This document shows, piece by piece, positions 32,211 through 40,824 of a stretch of 64,000 nucleotides of DNA (within the stretch, counting starts at the first letter, position 1; each line of letters begins with the position of its first letter). Below the pieces are notes generated by a model, which ran no database searches, was not told where the DNA came from, and saw nothing but the letters and a program-made list of their open reading frames with translations. A program made the translations under genes and the position numbers. Location: contig JAOAHI010000002.1 of the NCBI GenBank assembly GCA_026415315.1, positions 45,324 to 109,323 on the forward strand. The letters are read 5' to 3'. This DNA is from Methylohalobius sp. (GTDB taxonomy: Bacteria; Pseudomonadota; Gammaproteobacteria; Methylococcales; Methylothermaceae).

Positions 32211-33361
32211 GCACGACAGCCCTTCGTACTGAGCGAAGCCATGCTAAGCTGCGCATCACTTTAGTGGGTGCCGGGATCAATCTGGCGTTGGCAGCGGGCA
32301 AAGTAGCCGCTGGCATCTATGGAAGATCCTCGGCCCTGATCGTCGATGGCCTCCACTCGCTTTCCGATCTGGCTACCGACATTTTAGTCTTTTTCACCCT
32401 GCACCTTGCCGGTCAGGATGCCGATGACACCCACCCTTACGGTCACGGCCGGTTTGAGACAGCCGCCGCCATGGTGTTAGGGCTGATCCTCGCTGCGGTA
32501 GCTGCGGGTGTCATCTGGGACGCAGCCCAACGCCTGCAAGAAGATGCAACGCTGTGGCAGCCGAGTTATTGGACGCCGATCATTGCCGCCTTATCGATCC
32601 TGATCAAAGAGGGGTTGTATCGCTATACCCTCCACGTGGCCCACTGCACCCGCTCACGCCTGCTCGTTGCCAATGCTTGGCACCATCGATCGGATGCGGT
32701 CTCTTCGATCGTCGTTTTGATCGGCTTGGCAGGATCCCTATACGGCTATCGCTTCGCCGATTCGGTAGCTGCCATCGTCGTCGGCCTGATGATTGTCAAA
32801 ATCGGCCTAGAATTGGTTTTGAACAGCGCCCAAGAATTGGTAGACACGGCTTTACCTGCCGTCCGCGTCCAGCAAATCGAGCAAGCCATTCTAACTACCG
32901 AGGGCGTCAAAGCTTTGCACTGCTTGCGTACCCGCCAAATGGCGGGCGAGGCCCTGCTGGACGTGCATCTAGAAGTATCGCCGGAGATTTCCGTCTCCGA
33001 AGGCCACGCCATCGCTGACAAGGTACGCGATCGCCTGCTCGAGCAGTTCGAGGAAGTCTACGATGTCACCGTCCACATCGACGCTGAGCGCGACTTAAGC
33101 CAACCTTCTTTGCAGTTGCCGCTGCGCTCTGAGGTTCTTGCATACCTCCATCAAGTCTGGCGCGACCTGGCATATGCCAAGTCGATTGAGAAAATCAATC
33201 TGCACTACTTACAGGGCAAAATCCACGTGGAAGTCTATCTGCCTCTTAGTATCCTAACTCAAAGCGATCTTGCAGCAGAGGAAATCGTTACGCAATTGCG
33301 ACGGGCAATTACTGATCTTTCTTTTTTGGGTGGTCTTTCAGTATATTTCGTTGCTGCTTGA
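32207..33361 (+). CDS. Cation diffusion facilitator with extended C-terminus
   Basis: HSLSD and HHRSD metal sites, HPYGHGRFE, VHLEV...HAIAD; ATG overlaps the TusA stop (ATGA). Confidence 0.93.
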   Translation: MSTTALRTERSHAKLRITLVGAGINLALAAGKVAAGIYGRSSALIVDGLHSLSDLATDILVFFTLHLAGQDADDTHPYGHGRFETAAAMVLGLILAAVAAGVIWDAAQRLQEDATLWQPSYWTPIIAALSILIKEGLYRYTLHVAHCTRSRLLVANAWHHRSDAVSSIVVLIGLAGSLYGYRFADSVAAIVVGLMIVKIGLELVLNSAQELVDTALPAVRVQQIEQAILTTEGVKALHCLRTRQMAGEALLDVHLEVSPEISVSEGHAIADKVRDRLLEQFEEVYDVTVHIDAERDLSQPSLQLPLRSEVLAYLHQVWRDLAYAKSIEKINLHYLQGKIHVEVYLPLSILTQSDLAAEEIVTQLRRAITDLSFLGGLSVYFVAA

Positions 33362-33394
33362 TACTTTCATTTGCGATTAGTTTTTTATATTGTT

Positions 33395-33442
33395 TGCACC
33401 AATATGGTGCAAATCAATTAAGCTCTGAGTAAAAATAGTGCA
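33395..33442. promoter_or_regulatory. NtrC enhancer sites upstream of glnA
   Basis: TGCACCAATATGGTGCA (33395-33411, full consensus) and weaker TGAGTAAAAATAGTGCA (33426-33442), 31 bp apart. Confidence 0.85.
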
Positions 33443-33529
33443 AAAAAACAAAAATCTTTAACTTAGGTACAATTAAAAACATATCATGAAAGCAACTTAA
33501 TCTAACAATTAAAAATTCTTACATTTAGC

Positions 33530-33544
33530 TGGTACAACTTATGC
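33530..33544 (+). promoter_or_regulatory. Sigma54 -24/-12 promoter of glnA
   Basis: TGGTACAACTTATGC (GG-N10-GC), separated from the NtrC sites by an AT-rich spacer. Confidence 0.8.
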
Positions 33545-33599
33545 TTTCAAGACAGCTTGAACTGTTCGCTTAACTTTACATCCACAGGGGATAAAAAAT

Positions 33600-35009
33600 A
33601 TGTCTGTTGACAAAGTCTTTGCAATCATTAAAGAGAAAGAAATCAAATTCGTCGATCTGCGTTTTGCCGACACTCGCGGCAAAGAGCAGCACTTGACAAT
33701 CCCTGCCCACGTCGTAGACGAGGATTTTTTCGAGGCTGGCAAGATGTTTGACGGCTCGTCCATCGCTGGCTGGAAAGGCATCCAAGAGTCGGACATGATT
33801 TTGATGCCGGATCCAGATACCGCAGTCGTCGATCCGTTTTTCGAGACACCCACTTTGATTCTGCGCTGTGATATCGTCGAGCCCTCGACGATGGAGGGCT
33901 ACAGCCGCTGTCCGCGCTCAGTGGCCAAACGCGCCGAAGCCTACCTTAAATCCACGGGAATTGCCGATGCCGCCTTGTTCGGCCCGGAGAACGAATTTTT
34001 CATTTTCGACGACGTGCGCTGGGCTGCCGACATCCACCGCTGCTTTTATCAGATCGATTCCGAGGAAGCAAGCTGGAACACCGAGAAAGTCTATGAAAGC
34101 GGCAATATCGGCCATCGCCCAGGAATTAAGGGGGGATATTTCCCAGTTCCACCGGTAGACTCGCTGCAGGACATTCGCACCGCCATGTGCGAGACCTTAG
34201 AAGAAATGGGGCTGAAAACTGAAGTCCATCACCACGAGGTTGCTACCGCCGGTCAGTGTGAAATTGGCGTCCGCTGCAATACTTTGACTAAAAAAGCCGA
34301 CGAGGTATTGATCCTTAAATACGTGGTTCAAAACGTAGCTCACTCCTTTGGCAAAACCGCCACTTTCATGCCCAAGCCGTTGGTGGGCGACAACGGCAAC
34401 GGCATGCACGTGCATCAATCCTTGAGCAAAAACGGCGTTAACCTGTTCAGCGGCGATATGTACGGCGGACTGTCGGAATTAGCCCTCTACTACATCGGCG
34501 GCATTCTCAAACACGCGCGTGCTTTAAACGCCTTCACCAACGCCTCCACCAATAGCTACAAACGCTTAGTGCCAGGATTTGAAGCGCCGGTGATGCTGGC
34601 TTACTCAGCCCGCAACCGCTCTGCTTCCATCCGCGTCCCGTTTATCACCAACCCCAAAGCGCGTCGGATTGAGGTGCGTTTCCCCGACTCGAGCGCCAAC
34701 CCATATCTAGCCTTTGCCGCTATGCTGATGGCTGGCCTCGATGGAATCCAAAACAAGATCCATCCCGGTGAGGCGATGGACAAAAACCTGTACGACTTGC
34801 CACCCGAGGAGGAGAGGGAAATTCCTAAAGTGTGTTTCTCTCTTGATCAGGCCTTAGAACACTTGGACCGCGACCGCGCTTTCTTAAAAGCGGGCGGGGT
34901 ATTTAACGACGATCTGATCGATGCGTATATCGAGCTCAAAATGCAGGAAGTCACCCGTCTGAGGATGAGCACTCATCCGGTCGAACTCGATATGTACTAC
35001 AGCTTATAA
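33600..35009 (+). CDS. glnA: Glutamine synthetase type I
   Basis: [41 protein letters not shown] adenylylation loop. Confidence 0.99.
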   Translation: MSVDKVFAIIKEKEIKFVDLRFADTRGKEQHLTIPAHVVDEDFFEAGKMFDGSSIAGWKGIQESDMILMPDPDTAVVDPFFETPTLILRCDIVEPSTMEGYSRCPRSVAKRAEAYLKSTGIADAALFGPENEFFIFDDVRWAADIHRCFYQIDSEEASWNTEKVYESGNIGHRPGIKGGYFPVPPVDSLQDIRTAMCETLEEMGLKTEVHHHEVATAGQCEIGVRCNTLTKKADEVLILKYVVQNVAHSFGKTATFMPKPLVGDNGNGMHVHQSLSKNGVNLFSGDMYGGLSELALYYIGGILKHARALNAFTNASTNSYKRLVPGFEAPVMLAYSARNRSASIRVPFITNPKARRIEVRFPDSSANPYLAFAAMLMAGLDGIQNKIHPGEAMDKNLYDLPPEEEREIPKVCFSLDQALEHLDRDRAFLKAGGVFNDDLIDAYIELKMQEVTRLRMSTHPVELDMYYSL

Positions 35010-35018
35010 AAGCTTGCC

Positions 35019-35045
35019 AAGCGCCCCTTTGCGGGGGCGCTTTCT
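35019..35045. terminator. Intrinsic terminator between glnA and the second amt
   Basis: AAGCGCCCC-TTTGCG-GGGGCGCTT followed by a short T-rich run. Confidence 0.8.
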
Positions 35046-35050
35046 TAGCC

Positions 35051-36223
35051 TCACTTACGGATCCCAACCCACATTTTGAGCGCCCCCCAGAACACAAAAC
35101 TTGCAGCGAACGCAAACCCTAAAATCACTCCTATGCCAACCAACTGTGCACTGAGCTTAGCTTGTGGGTTAGAGAGGCACACTGCCAACAGTCCCCAAAT
35201 ACCAGCCGCCCCGTGAATGGACAATGCCCCCACCGGGTCGTCCAGGCGTAACTTATCCAAACCGACGAGAGAGCACACGGCCACCGCCCCACCTATGGCA
35301 CCTACAGCCATGCTCTGCCATGGCACAGGAGTGAGAGGCTCAGCGGCGATCGCCACCATCCCAGCCAGGGCACCACTCACCGCCCCAATCAAATCAGCCT
35401 GGCCGAACCAGGCCCGGCTCATGAGCAGTGCAGCCATAGCCCCAGAGGCCGCTGCGGTGTAAGTATTGACGAAAATCCGAGCGACGGCGTTGGCCTCAGT
35501 TAGGGTGGAAATCCTAAGTTCGGCCCCCCCATTGAAGCCGACCCATCCAAGCCCCAGAATGAAAGCGCCTACAGCAGCCAACTGCGCATTTCCGCCCAGG
35601 AGCGGATCAGGCTCTGGATTTAGCCCATATCTGCCCGCGCGCGGCCCAAGCAAAATTACCCCGGCAAGGGCAGCAGCAGCGCCACACACATGCACTAACC
35701 CCGCACCGGCGAAATCGAAAAACCCGATTTCATCCAAAAACCCTCCCCCCCATTTCCAAAATCCCAGTAAAGGGTAAATGAAACCGGCCAGCACCGCTGC
35801 AAACAAAAGGAAAGGAAACAACCTTACTCGCTCTGCCATTGCTCCGGAAACGATACCCAGAGCAATTACTACAAATCCTACTTGAAAGAAAAAGTCAGCC
35901 ATTTTGGAAGAGTAAAGCCCGCCTTCGCTTTGCAGGACTTCCCTCAGCGTCCAGTCTTGACCGAGCAAAAACTCCACCCCTGGCCAAATCGAATGCAGCG
36001 GCACTGCGGGATACATTAAACGGTAACCAAACAAAAGGTACACCAAGTACACCACTGCATACCCAGTCAGGTTCTGGATCAAAACAGAGACAGCACTTTG
36101 CGGGCGCACCAGTCCAGCCTGAAACAAAGCAAGTCCTACCCCCATAGCTAGTACCAGCAGTCCGCTGACAAGAAGATACAACGTGTCCAACGCATACCTT
36201 AATTCAACAAAGGCTTGATCCAC
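35051..36223 (-). CDS. Second, divergent Amt-family ammonium transporter lacking the C-terminal tail
   Basis: IVSGAMAER, FDFAGAGLVH, GWVGFNGG, DDPVGALSIHG; GTG start with GAGGAGG RBS; ends at VGIRK. Confidence 0.9.
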   Translation of the reverse strand: MDQAFVELRYALDTLYLLVSGLLVLAMGVGLALFQAGLVRPQSAVSVLIQNLTGYAVVYLVYLLFGYRLMYPAVPLHSIWPGVEFLLGQDWTLREVLQSEGGLYSSKMADFFFQVGFVVIALGIVSGAMAERVRLFPFLLFAAVLAGFIYPLLGFWKWGGGFLDEIGFFDFAGAGLVHVCGAAAALAGVILLGPRAGRYGLNPEPDPLLGGNAQLAAVGAFILGLGWVGFNGGAELRISTLTEANAVARIFVNTYTAAASGAMAALLMSRAWFGQADLIGAVSGALAGMVAIAAEPLTPVPWQSMAVGAIGGAVAVCSLVGLDKLRLDDPVGALSIHGAAGIWGLLAVCLSNPQAKLSAQLVGIGVILGFAFAASFVFWGALKMWVGIRK

Positions 36224-36264
36224 TCTAGCCTCCTCTCCCCCAAAAGATCGCTTTAAAAAGGTGC

Positions 36265-36292
36265 AAAAAAGGGCGCATCTTAGCGCCCTTTT
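36265..36292 (-). terminator. Intrinsic terminator after amtB
   Basis: AAAAGGGCGC-ATCTTA-GCGCCCTTTT; 6-T run on the minus strand. Confidence 0.8.
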
Positions 36293-36327
36293 AAGATATC
36301 AGTTTTTGATCTCTTTTATTTCTTATC

Positions 36328-37698
36328 TTAGTTATATGCCTTCTCCCCATGGGAGCTGAGATCCAAACCCTCGCGCTCTTCCTCCTCGCTAACCCTAAGC
36401 CCCAAAATCACGTCGATCAGCTTGTACAGAACAAAGCTCAAAACGCCGCTCCAAACGATAGTAGTTAAGGTAGCGATGGCTTGTTTGCCCACCTGGGCCC
36501 CCATGGAGACACCTTCCGGATAACCAACCCCCCCCAATTTAGGGGCCATGAAGACGCCGGTCAGAATCGCGCCGATTATCCCCCCCACTCCGTGGACGCC
36601 GAAGACGTCTAGGGAGTCGTCGTAACCCAGGGCAGACTTAAGGTTGGTGACTGCCCAGAAACACACCGCCCCCGCCAATGCTCCAATGACGATTGCTCCC
36701 ATCGGCCCGACGAAACCGCAGGCTGGGGTGATCGCCACTAGCCCGGCCACTGCCCCAGAGGCGGCCCCCAGCATGCTGGGTTTACCTTTAACCATCCATT
36801 CCACGGCCATCCAGCCAAGCACCGCCGCCGCTGTAGCAAACTGCGTGTTGGCCAAAACCATCCCGGCGATGCCATCGGCGGCGAGCTCGGAACCGACGTT
36901 AAAGCCGAACCAACCCACCCACAACAGCGACGCGCCAACCATGGTCAAGCCCAAGTTGTGAGGAGGCATAGCCTCCCGTCCGTAACGCAAGCGTTTGCCT
37001 AACACGAGAGCGCCTATCAGCCCAGCGATTCCAGCGTTGACATGTACCACCGTACCGCCGGCAAAATCCTTAGCTCCCAGATCTGCCAGCCATCCTCCTC
37101 CCCACACCATGTGGGCGATAGGTACGTAACATAGGATGAGCCATCCACCCATAAACCACAGCAAGGCAGAGAACTTGATCCGCTCTGCAAAGGAGCCGAC
37201 GATCAACGCAGGGGTGATAGCGGCAAAGGTCATCTGAAATGTCGCAAACACGTACTCTGGGATGACTCCGTTTAGAATATCCGGGGTCAGGCCGCGCAAA
37301 AAGGCTTTAGAAAGCCCACCGATGACCGCATCGAGCTTGGAAGGGCCTTCGGTGAAGGCCAAGCTATAACCAAAAAGCGCCCACAGCACCGATACCAGGC
37401 AAAAGGTAACAAACACGTGCATCAGCACCGAAAGCACATTTTTGGCTCGCACCAAGCCGCCATAAAATAGAGCCAGCCCTGGAATGGTCATCATGATCAC
37501 CAACACAGTCGCCACAATCATCCAAGCGGTGCTGCCCGAATCCAGGGTGGGCTTTTTCTCCTCAACTGCAACAGACTCTGCCTGCGCTTCCTGAGTCTCA
37601 GAGGCAACAGGTGCTGCCCCCTCCTCGGGTAACTGGGCCATCCCAGGTGGCACTATCCCCAAAAAAGCCAGAAAAAACAAAACGATAATTTGTTTCAT
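36328..37698 (-). CDS. amtB: Ammonium transporter AmtB
   Basis: Signal peptide, DFAGGTVVH, GWFGFNVGS, DDSLDVFGVHG, full tail EEEREGLDLSSHGEKAY. Confidence 0.98.
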   Translation of the reverse strand: MKQIIVLFFLAFLGIVPPGMAQLPEEGAAPVASETQEAQAESVAVEEKKPTLDSGSTAWMIVATVLVIMMTIPGLALFYGGLVRAKNVLSVLMHVFVTFCLVSVLWALFGYSLAFTEGPSKLDAVIGGLSKAFLRGLTPDILNGVIPEYVFATFQMTFAAITPALIVGSFAERIKFSALLWFMGGWLILCYVPIAHMVWGGGWLADLGAKDFAGGTVVHVNAGIAGLIGALVLGKRLRYGREAMPPHNLGLTMVGASLLWVGWFGFNVGSELAADGIAGMVLANTQFATAAAVLGWMAVEWMVKGKPSMLGAASGAVAGLVAITPACGFVGPMGAIVIGALAGAVCFWAVTNLKSALGYDDSLDVFGVHGVGGIIGAILTGVFMAPKLGGVGYPEGVSMGAQVGKQAIATLTTIVWSGVLSFVLYKLIDVILGLRVSEEEEREGLDLSSHGEKAYN

Positions 37699-37732
37699 GA
37701 CCTCTCCTAATCCTTGTTCTTAATGGACTTTT

Positions 37733-38080
<348 letters not shown>

Positions 38081-38117
38081 TCACATCAAAGCTGTGGATT
38101 CTCTCAGCAAAAATGGG

Positions 38118-38132
38118 GCAAATTTTGTGCCA
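38118..38132 (-). promoter_or_regulatory. Sigma54 promoter of glnK-amtB
   Basis: Minus strand TGGCACAAAATTTGC, matching consensus TGGCAC-N5-TTGC. Confidence 0.88.
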
Positions 38133-38183
38133 TACGAACATAAACTTTTTATTCTGAAATAAAATGCAAAAACCAAGCGCTTT

Positions 38184-38200
38184 TGCACCATTTTTGTGCA
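38184..38200. promoter_or_regulatory. NtrC site between glnK and glnL
   Basis: TGCACCATTTTTGTGCA. Confidence 0.8.
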
Positions 38201-38240
38201 AATCGATTATTGTGCTATTAGAATCGTTATTTTCAAAATT

Positions 38241-38255
38241 GGGCACGTTATTTGC
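38241..38255 (+). promoter_or_regulatory. Putative sigma54 promoter of glnLG
   Basis: GGGCACGTTATTTGC (GG-CAC-N5-TTGC), 21 bp before the glnL ATG. Confidence 0.65.
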
Positions 38256-38276
38256 CCAAATTCTCTATAGATAGAT

Positions 38277-39338
38277 ATGGCCGAATCCCTGCATCAACGA
38301 ATTCTTGATCATCTGGGCAATGCTTTGCTCGTGTTTGATCGCGGCGGGCGCCTATGCTACCTCAACCCGGCCGGAGAGATGCTGCTTGCTATCAGTGCCC
38401 GCCAAAGTTTGGGATTGACTGCAGAGGAGCTGTTTGGCTCCCAGGGTGAGAAGCTTGCCCACGATCTGATGCAGACTCTGGAGAGCGGCACACCCAGGGT
38501 GGAGCGCAATTTATCTCTGGCTCTTCCCGAGCGCGTCATGTTGGTGCACTGTGCTCTAACCCCGCTATTCCAAGGCGAAACAACAGAAGCCGTAGTGATG
38601 GAAATCGAAGACGTAGAGCGCTATCAGCAGCTGTCGCGGGACGAGCGCTGGCTGACTCAGCAGCACATCGTCTATCAACTCCTTAAAAGCTTGGCTCACG
38701 AGATCAAGAACCCTTTAGGAGGGTTGCGCGGTGCCGCCCAGTTATTGGCCGCTGAACTGGCCGATCCGTCTTTGATTGAGTACACCGATGTGATCATCGC
38801 CGAAGCGGACCGTCTGGGTGCTTTGATCGACCGCCTGCTGGCGCCGGACCAACCCCTTAAAATAAGCCAGCTCAACATCCACCAAGTTTTGGAACGGGTG
38901 CGCCAGATCTTGACAGCAGAATATCCTAAGCTTGTCCTGCGGCGCGATTACGATCCTAGCCTGCCACCTATCCTGGGCGATCTAGACCAACTCATCCAGG
39001 CGTTTCTCAACGTAGCTCGTAACGCCGCCCAAGCGCTTGAAGGCATAGGCGAAATCACTTTGCGTACCCGTATCCAGCGCCGGGTAACCATCCGCCAACG
39101 CCCTCACCGGCAGGTGGTCCGAGTCGATATCCTGGACCCCGGTCCGGGTATCCCACCCGAACTTATCGACCAGATTTTTTATCCCATGATTACCGGCCGC
39201 CCGGACGGTACCGGTCTTGGGCTTTCTATCGCCCAAACCTTGATTAGCCGCCACGGAGGAATGATCGAGTGCCAATCGCGGCCTGGCCGGACCTGCTTTT
39301 CGGTTTATCTGCCGCTGGAGAATGCTCATGGCTCATGA
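38277..39338 (+). CDS. glnL: Nitrogen regulation sensor kinase NtrB
   Basis: PAS domain, LAHEIKNPLGGLRGAAQLL, DPGPGIP, GTGLGL. Confidence 0.96.
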   Translation: MAESLHQRILDHLGNALLVFDRGGRLCYLNPAGEMLLAISARQSLGLTAEELFGSQGEKLAHDLMQTLESGTPRVERNLSLALPERVMLVHCALTPLFQGETTEAVVMEIEDVERYQQLSRDERWLTQQHIVYQLLKSLAHEIKNPLGGLRGAAQLLAAELADPSLIEYTDVIIAEADRLGALIDRLLAPDQPLKISQLNIHQVLERVRQILTAEYPKLVLRRDYDPSLPPILGDLDQLIQAFLNVARNAAQALEGIGEITLRTRIQRRVTIRQRPHRQVVRVDILDPGPGIPPELIDQIFYPMITGRPDGTGLGLSIAQTLISRHGGMIECQSRPGRTCFSVYLPLENAHGS

Positions 39339-40752
39339 AGTCTGGGTCATAGACGACGATCAGTCGATCCGCTGGGTCCTAGATAAGGCATTAAAAAAAG
39401 CGGGGTTTAAAGTTCATTGTTTTGCCGATGCTGCTGAGGCAGAGTTTCTATTACGCCGCCAGACCCCTGAGGTGCTCATCACCGACATCCGCATGCCTGG
39501 TATCGATGGCATAGAACTTCTCCGTCGCCTTAGAACCAGTCACCCCGATCTGCCAGTCATCGTCATCACTGCCCACTCGGACTTAGACAGCGCAGTTGCC
39601 TCTTTGCATGGGGGAGCGTTTGAGTACTTACCCAAGCCGTTTGATTTGGACGAGGTAGTGCAAGTAGTCCGACGGGCTATGCAGAGCCGCAACGTCCCTC
39701 AGGCCGGAGCCAAAAGCTCTAGCTCTGTCCCTGAAATCATCGGCGAAGCTCCAGCTATGCAGGAAGTGTTCCGCGCCATCGGCCGCCTCGCCCGCTCTTC
39801 CGTCACCGTGCTGATCACGGGCGAGTCCGGTACTGGCAAAGAGCTCATCGCCCGCGCTCTGCACCGTCACAGTCCTCGTCGCGAGGCGCCCTTTATCGCT
39901 TTGAACATGGCGGCCATCCCTAAAGAGCTTCTAGAATCGGAGCTGTTTGGGCACGAGAAAGGAGCATTCACCGGCGCCGTCCAGCGCCGCATTGGGCGCT
40001 TCGAGCAAGCCGATGGCGGCACGTTGTTTTTGGACGAAATCGGCGATATGCCGGCTGAACTTCAGACACGCTTGTTGCGCGTGCTAGCGGAGGGCGAATT
40101 CTACCCCTTGGGGTCTTACACGCCTTGCCGCGTGGACGTACGCATTATCGCCGCCACCCACCAAAATCTCGAACAATTGGTGACGCAGGGCCGCTTTCGC
40201 GAGGACCTTTACCATCGCCTCAACGTCATCCGTATCCATACCCCCCCGCTCAGGGAGCGGCGCGAGGATATCCCGCTGTTGCTGCGCCATTTCCTCCAGC
40301 GCATCGCCAAGGAACTTGCGACCGAACCTAAAACCGTACGCCCAGAGGTCGAAGAGTACCTCAAATCGCTGGATTGGCCGGGCAATGTCCGCCAGCTAGA
40401 AAACACCTGCCGCTGGCTGACTGTGATGGCGCCTGGCCAGACCATATACTTAGAAGATTTGCCCCCGGAATTGAGAAGCAGCTCCAAAATCCAAGCTGGC
40501 GGCGCGGCAGATGGCAACTGGCAGTCCAACTTAGCACAGTGGGTCAGTCGGCAGTTGGCCGAAGGCAAGGGCAATCTGGCTAAGCAGGCAATCGCCGATG
40601 CCGAACGCATTCTGATCCAGACGGCCTTGCAGCACACCCGTGGTCACCGCCAGGACGCCGCCCGCCTGTTGGGTTACGGGCGAAATACCTTAACTCGCAA
40701 GATCAACGAGCTGCAACTGCAAGAGGACAAAAACCGTAACCTTCACGATTAA
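39328..40752 (+). CDS. glnG: Nitrogen regulation response regulator NtrC
   Basis: Receiver [20 protein letters not shown]-terminal [15 protein letters not shown]. Confidence 0.97.
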   Translation: MAHEVWVIDDDQSIRWVLDKALKKAGFKVHCFADAAEAEFLLRRQTPEVLITDIRMPGIDGIELLRRLRTSHPDLPVIVITAHSDLDSAVASLHGGAFEYLPKPFDLDEVVQVVRRAMQSRNVPQAGAKSSSSVPEIIGEAPAMQEVFRAIGRLARSSVTVLITGESGTGKELIARALHRHSPRREAPFIALNMAAIPKELLESELFGHEKGAFTGAVQRRIGRFEQADGGTLFLDEIGDMPAELQTRLLRVLAEGEFYPLGSYTPCRVDVRIIAATHQNLEQLVTQGRFREDLYHRLNVIRIHTPPLRERREDIPLLLRHFLQRIAKELATEPKTVRPEVEEYLKSLDWPGNVRQLENTCRWLTVMAPGQTIYLEDLPPELRSSSKIQAGGAADGNWQSNLAQWVSRQLAEGKGNLAKQAIADAERILIQTALQHTRGHRQDAARLLGYGRNTLTRKINELQLQEDKNRNLHD

Positions 40753-40824
40753 CAGCTGTCTCGAACTTTACCCAACGGGCGCTTTCGAATATAACGAATG
40801 TAATTATTTTGCGAGAATGTACCT

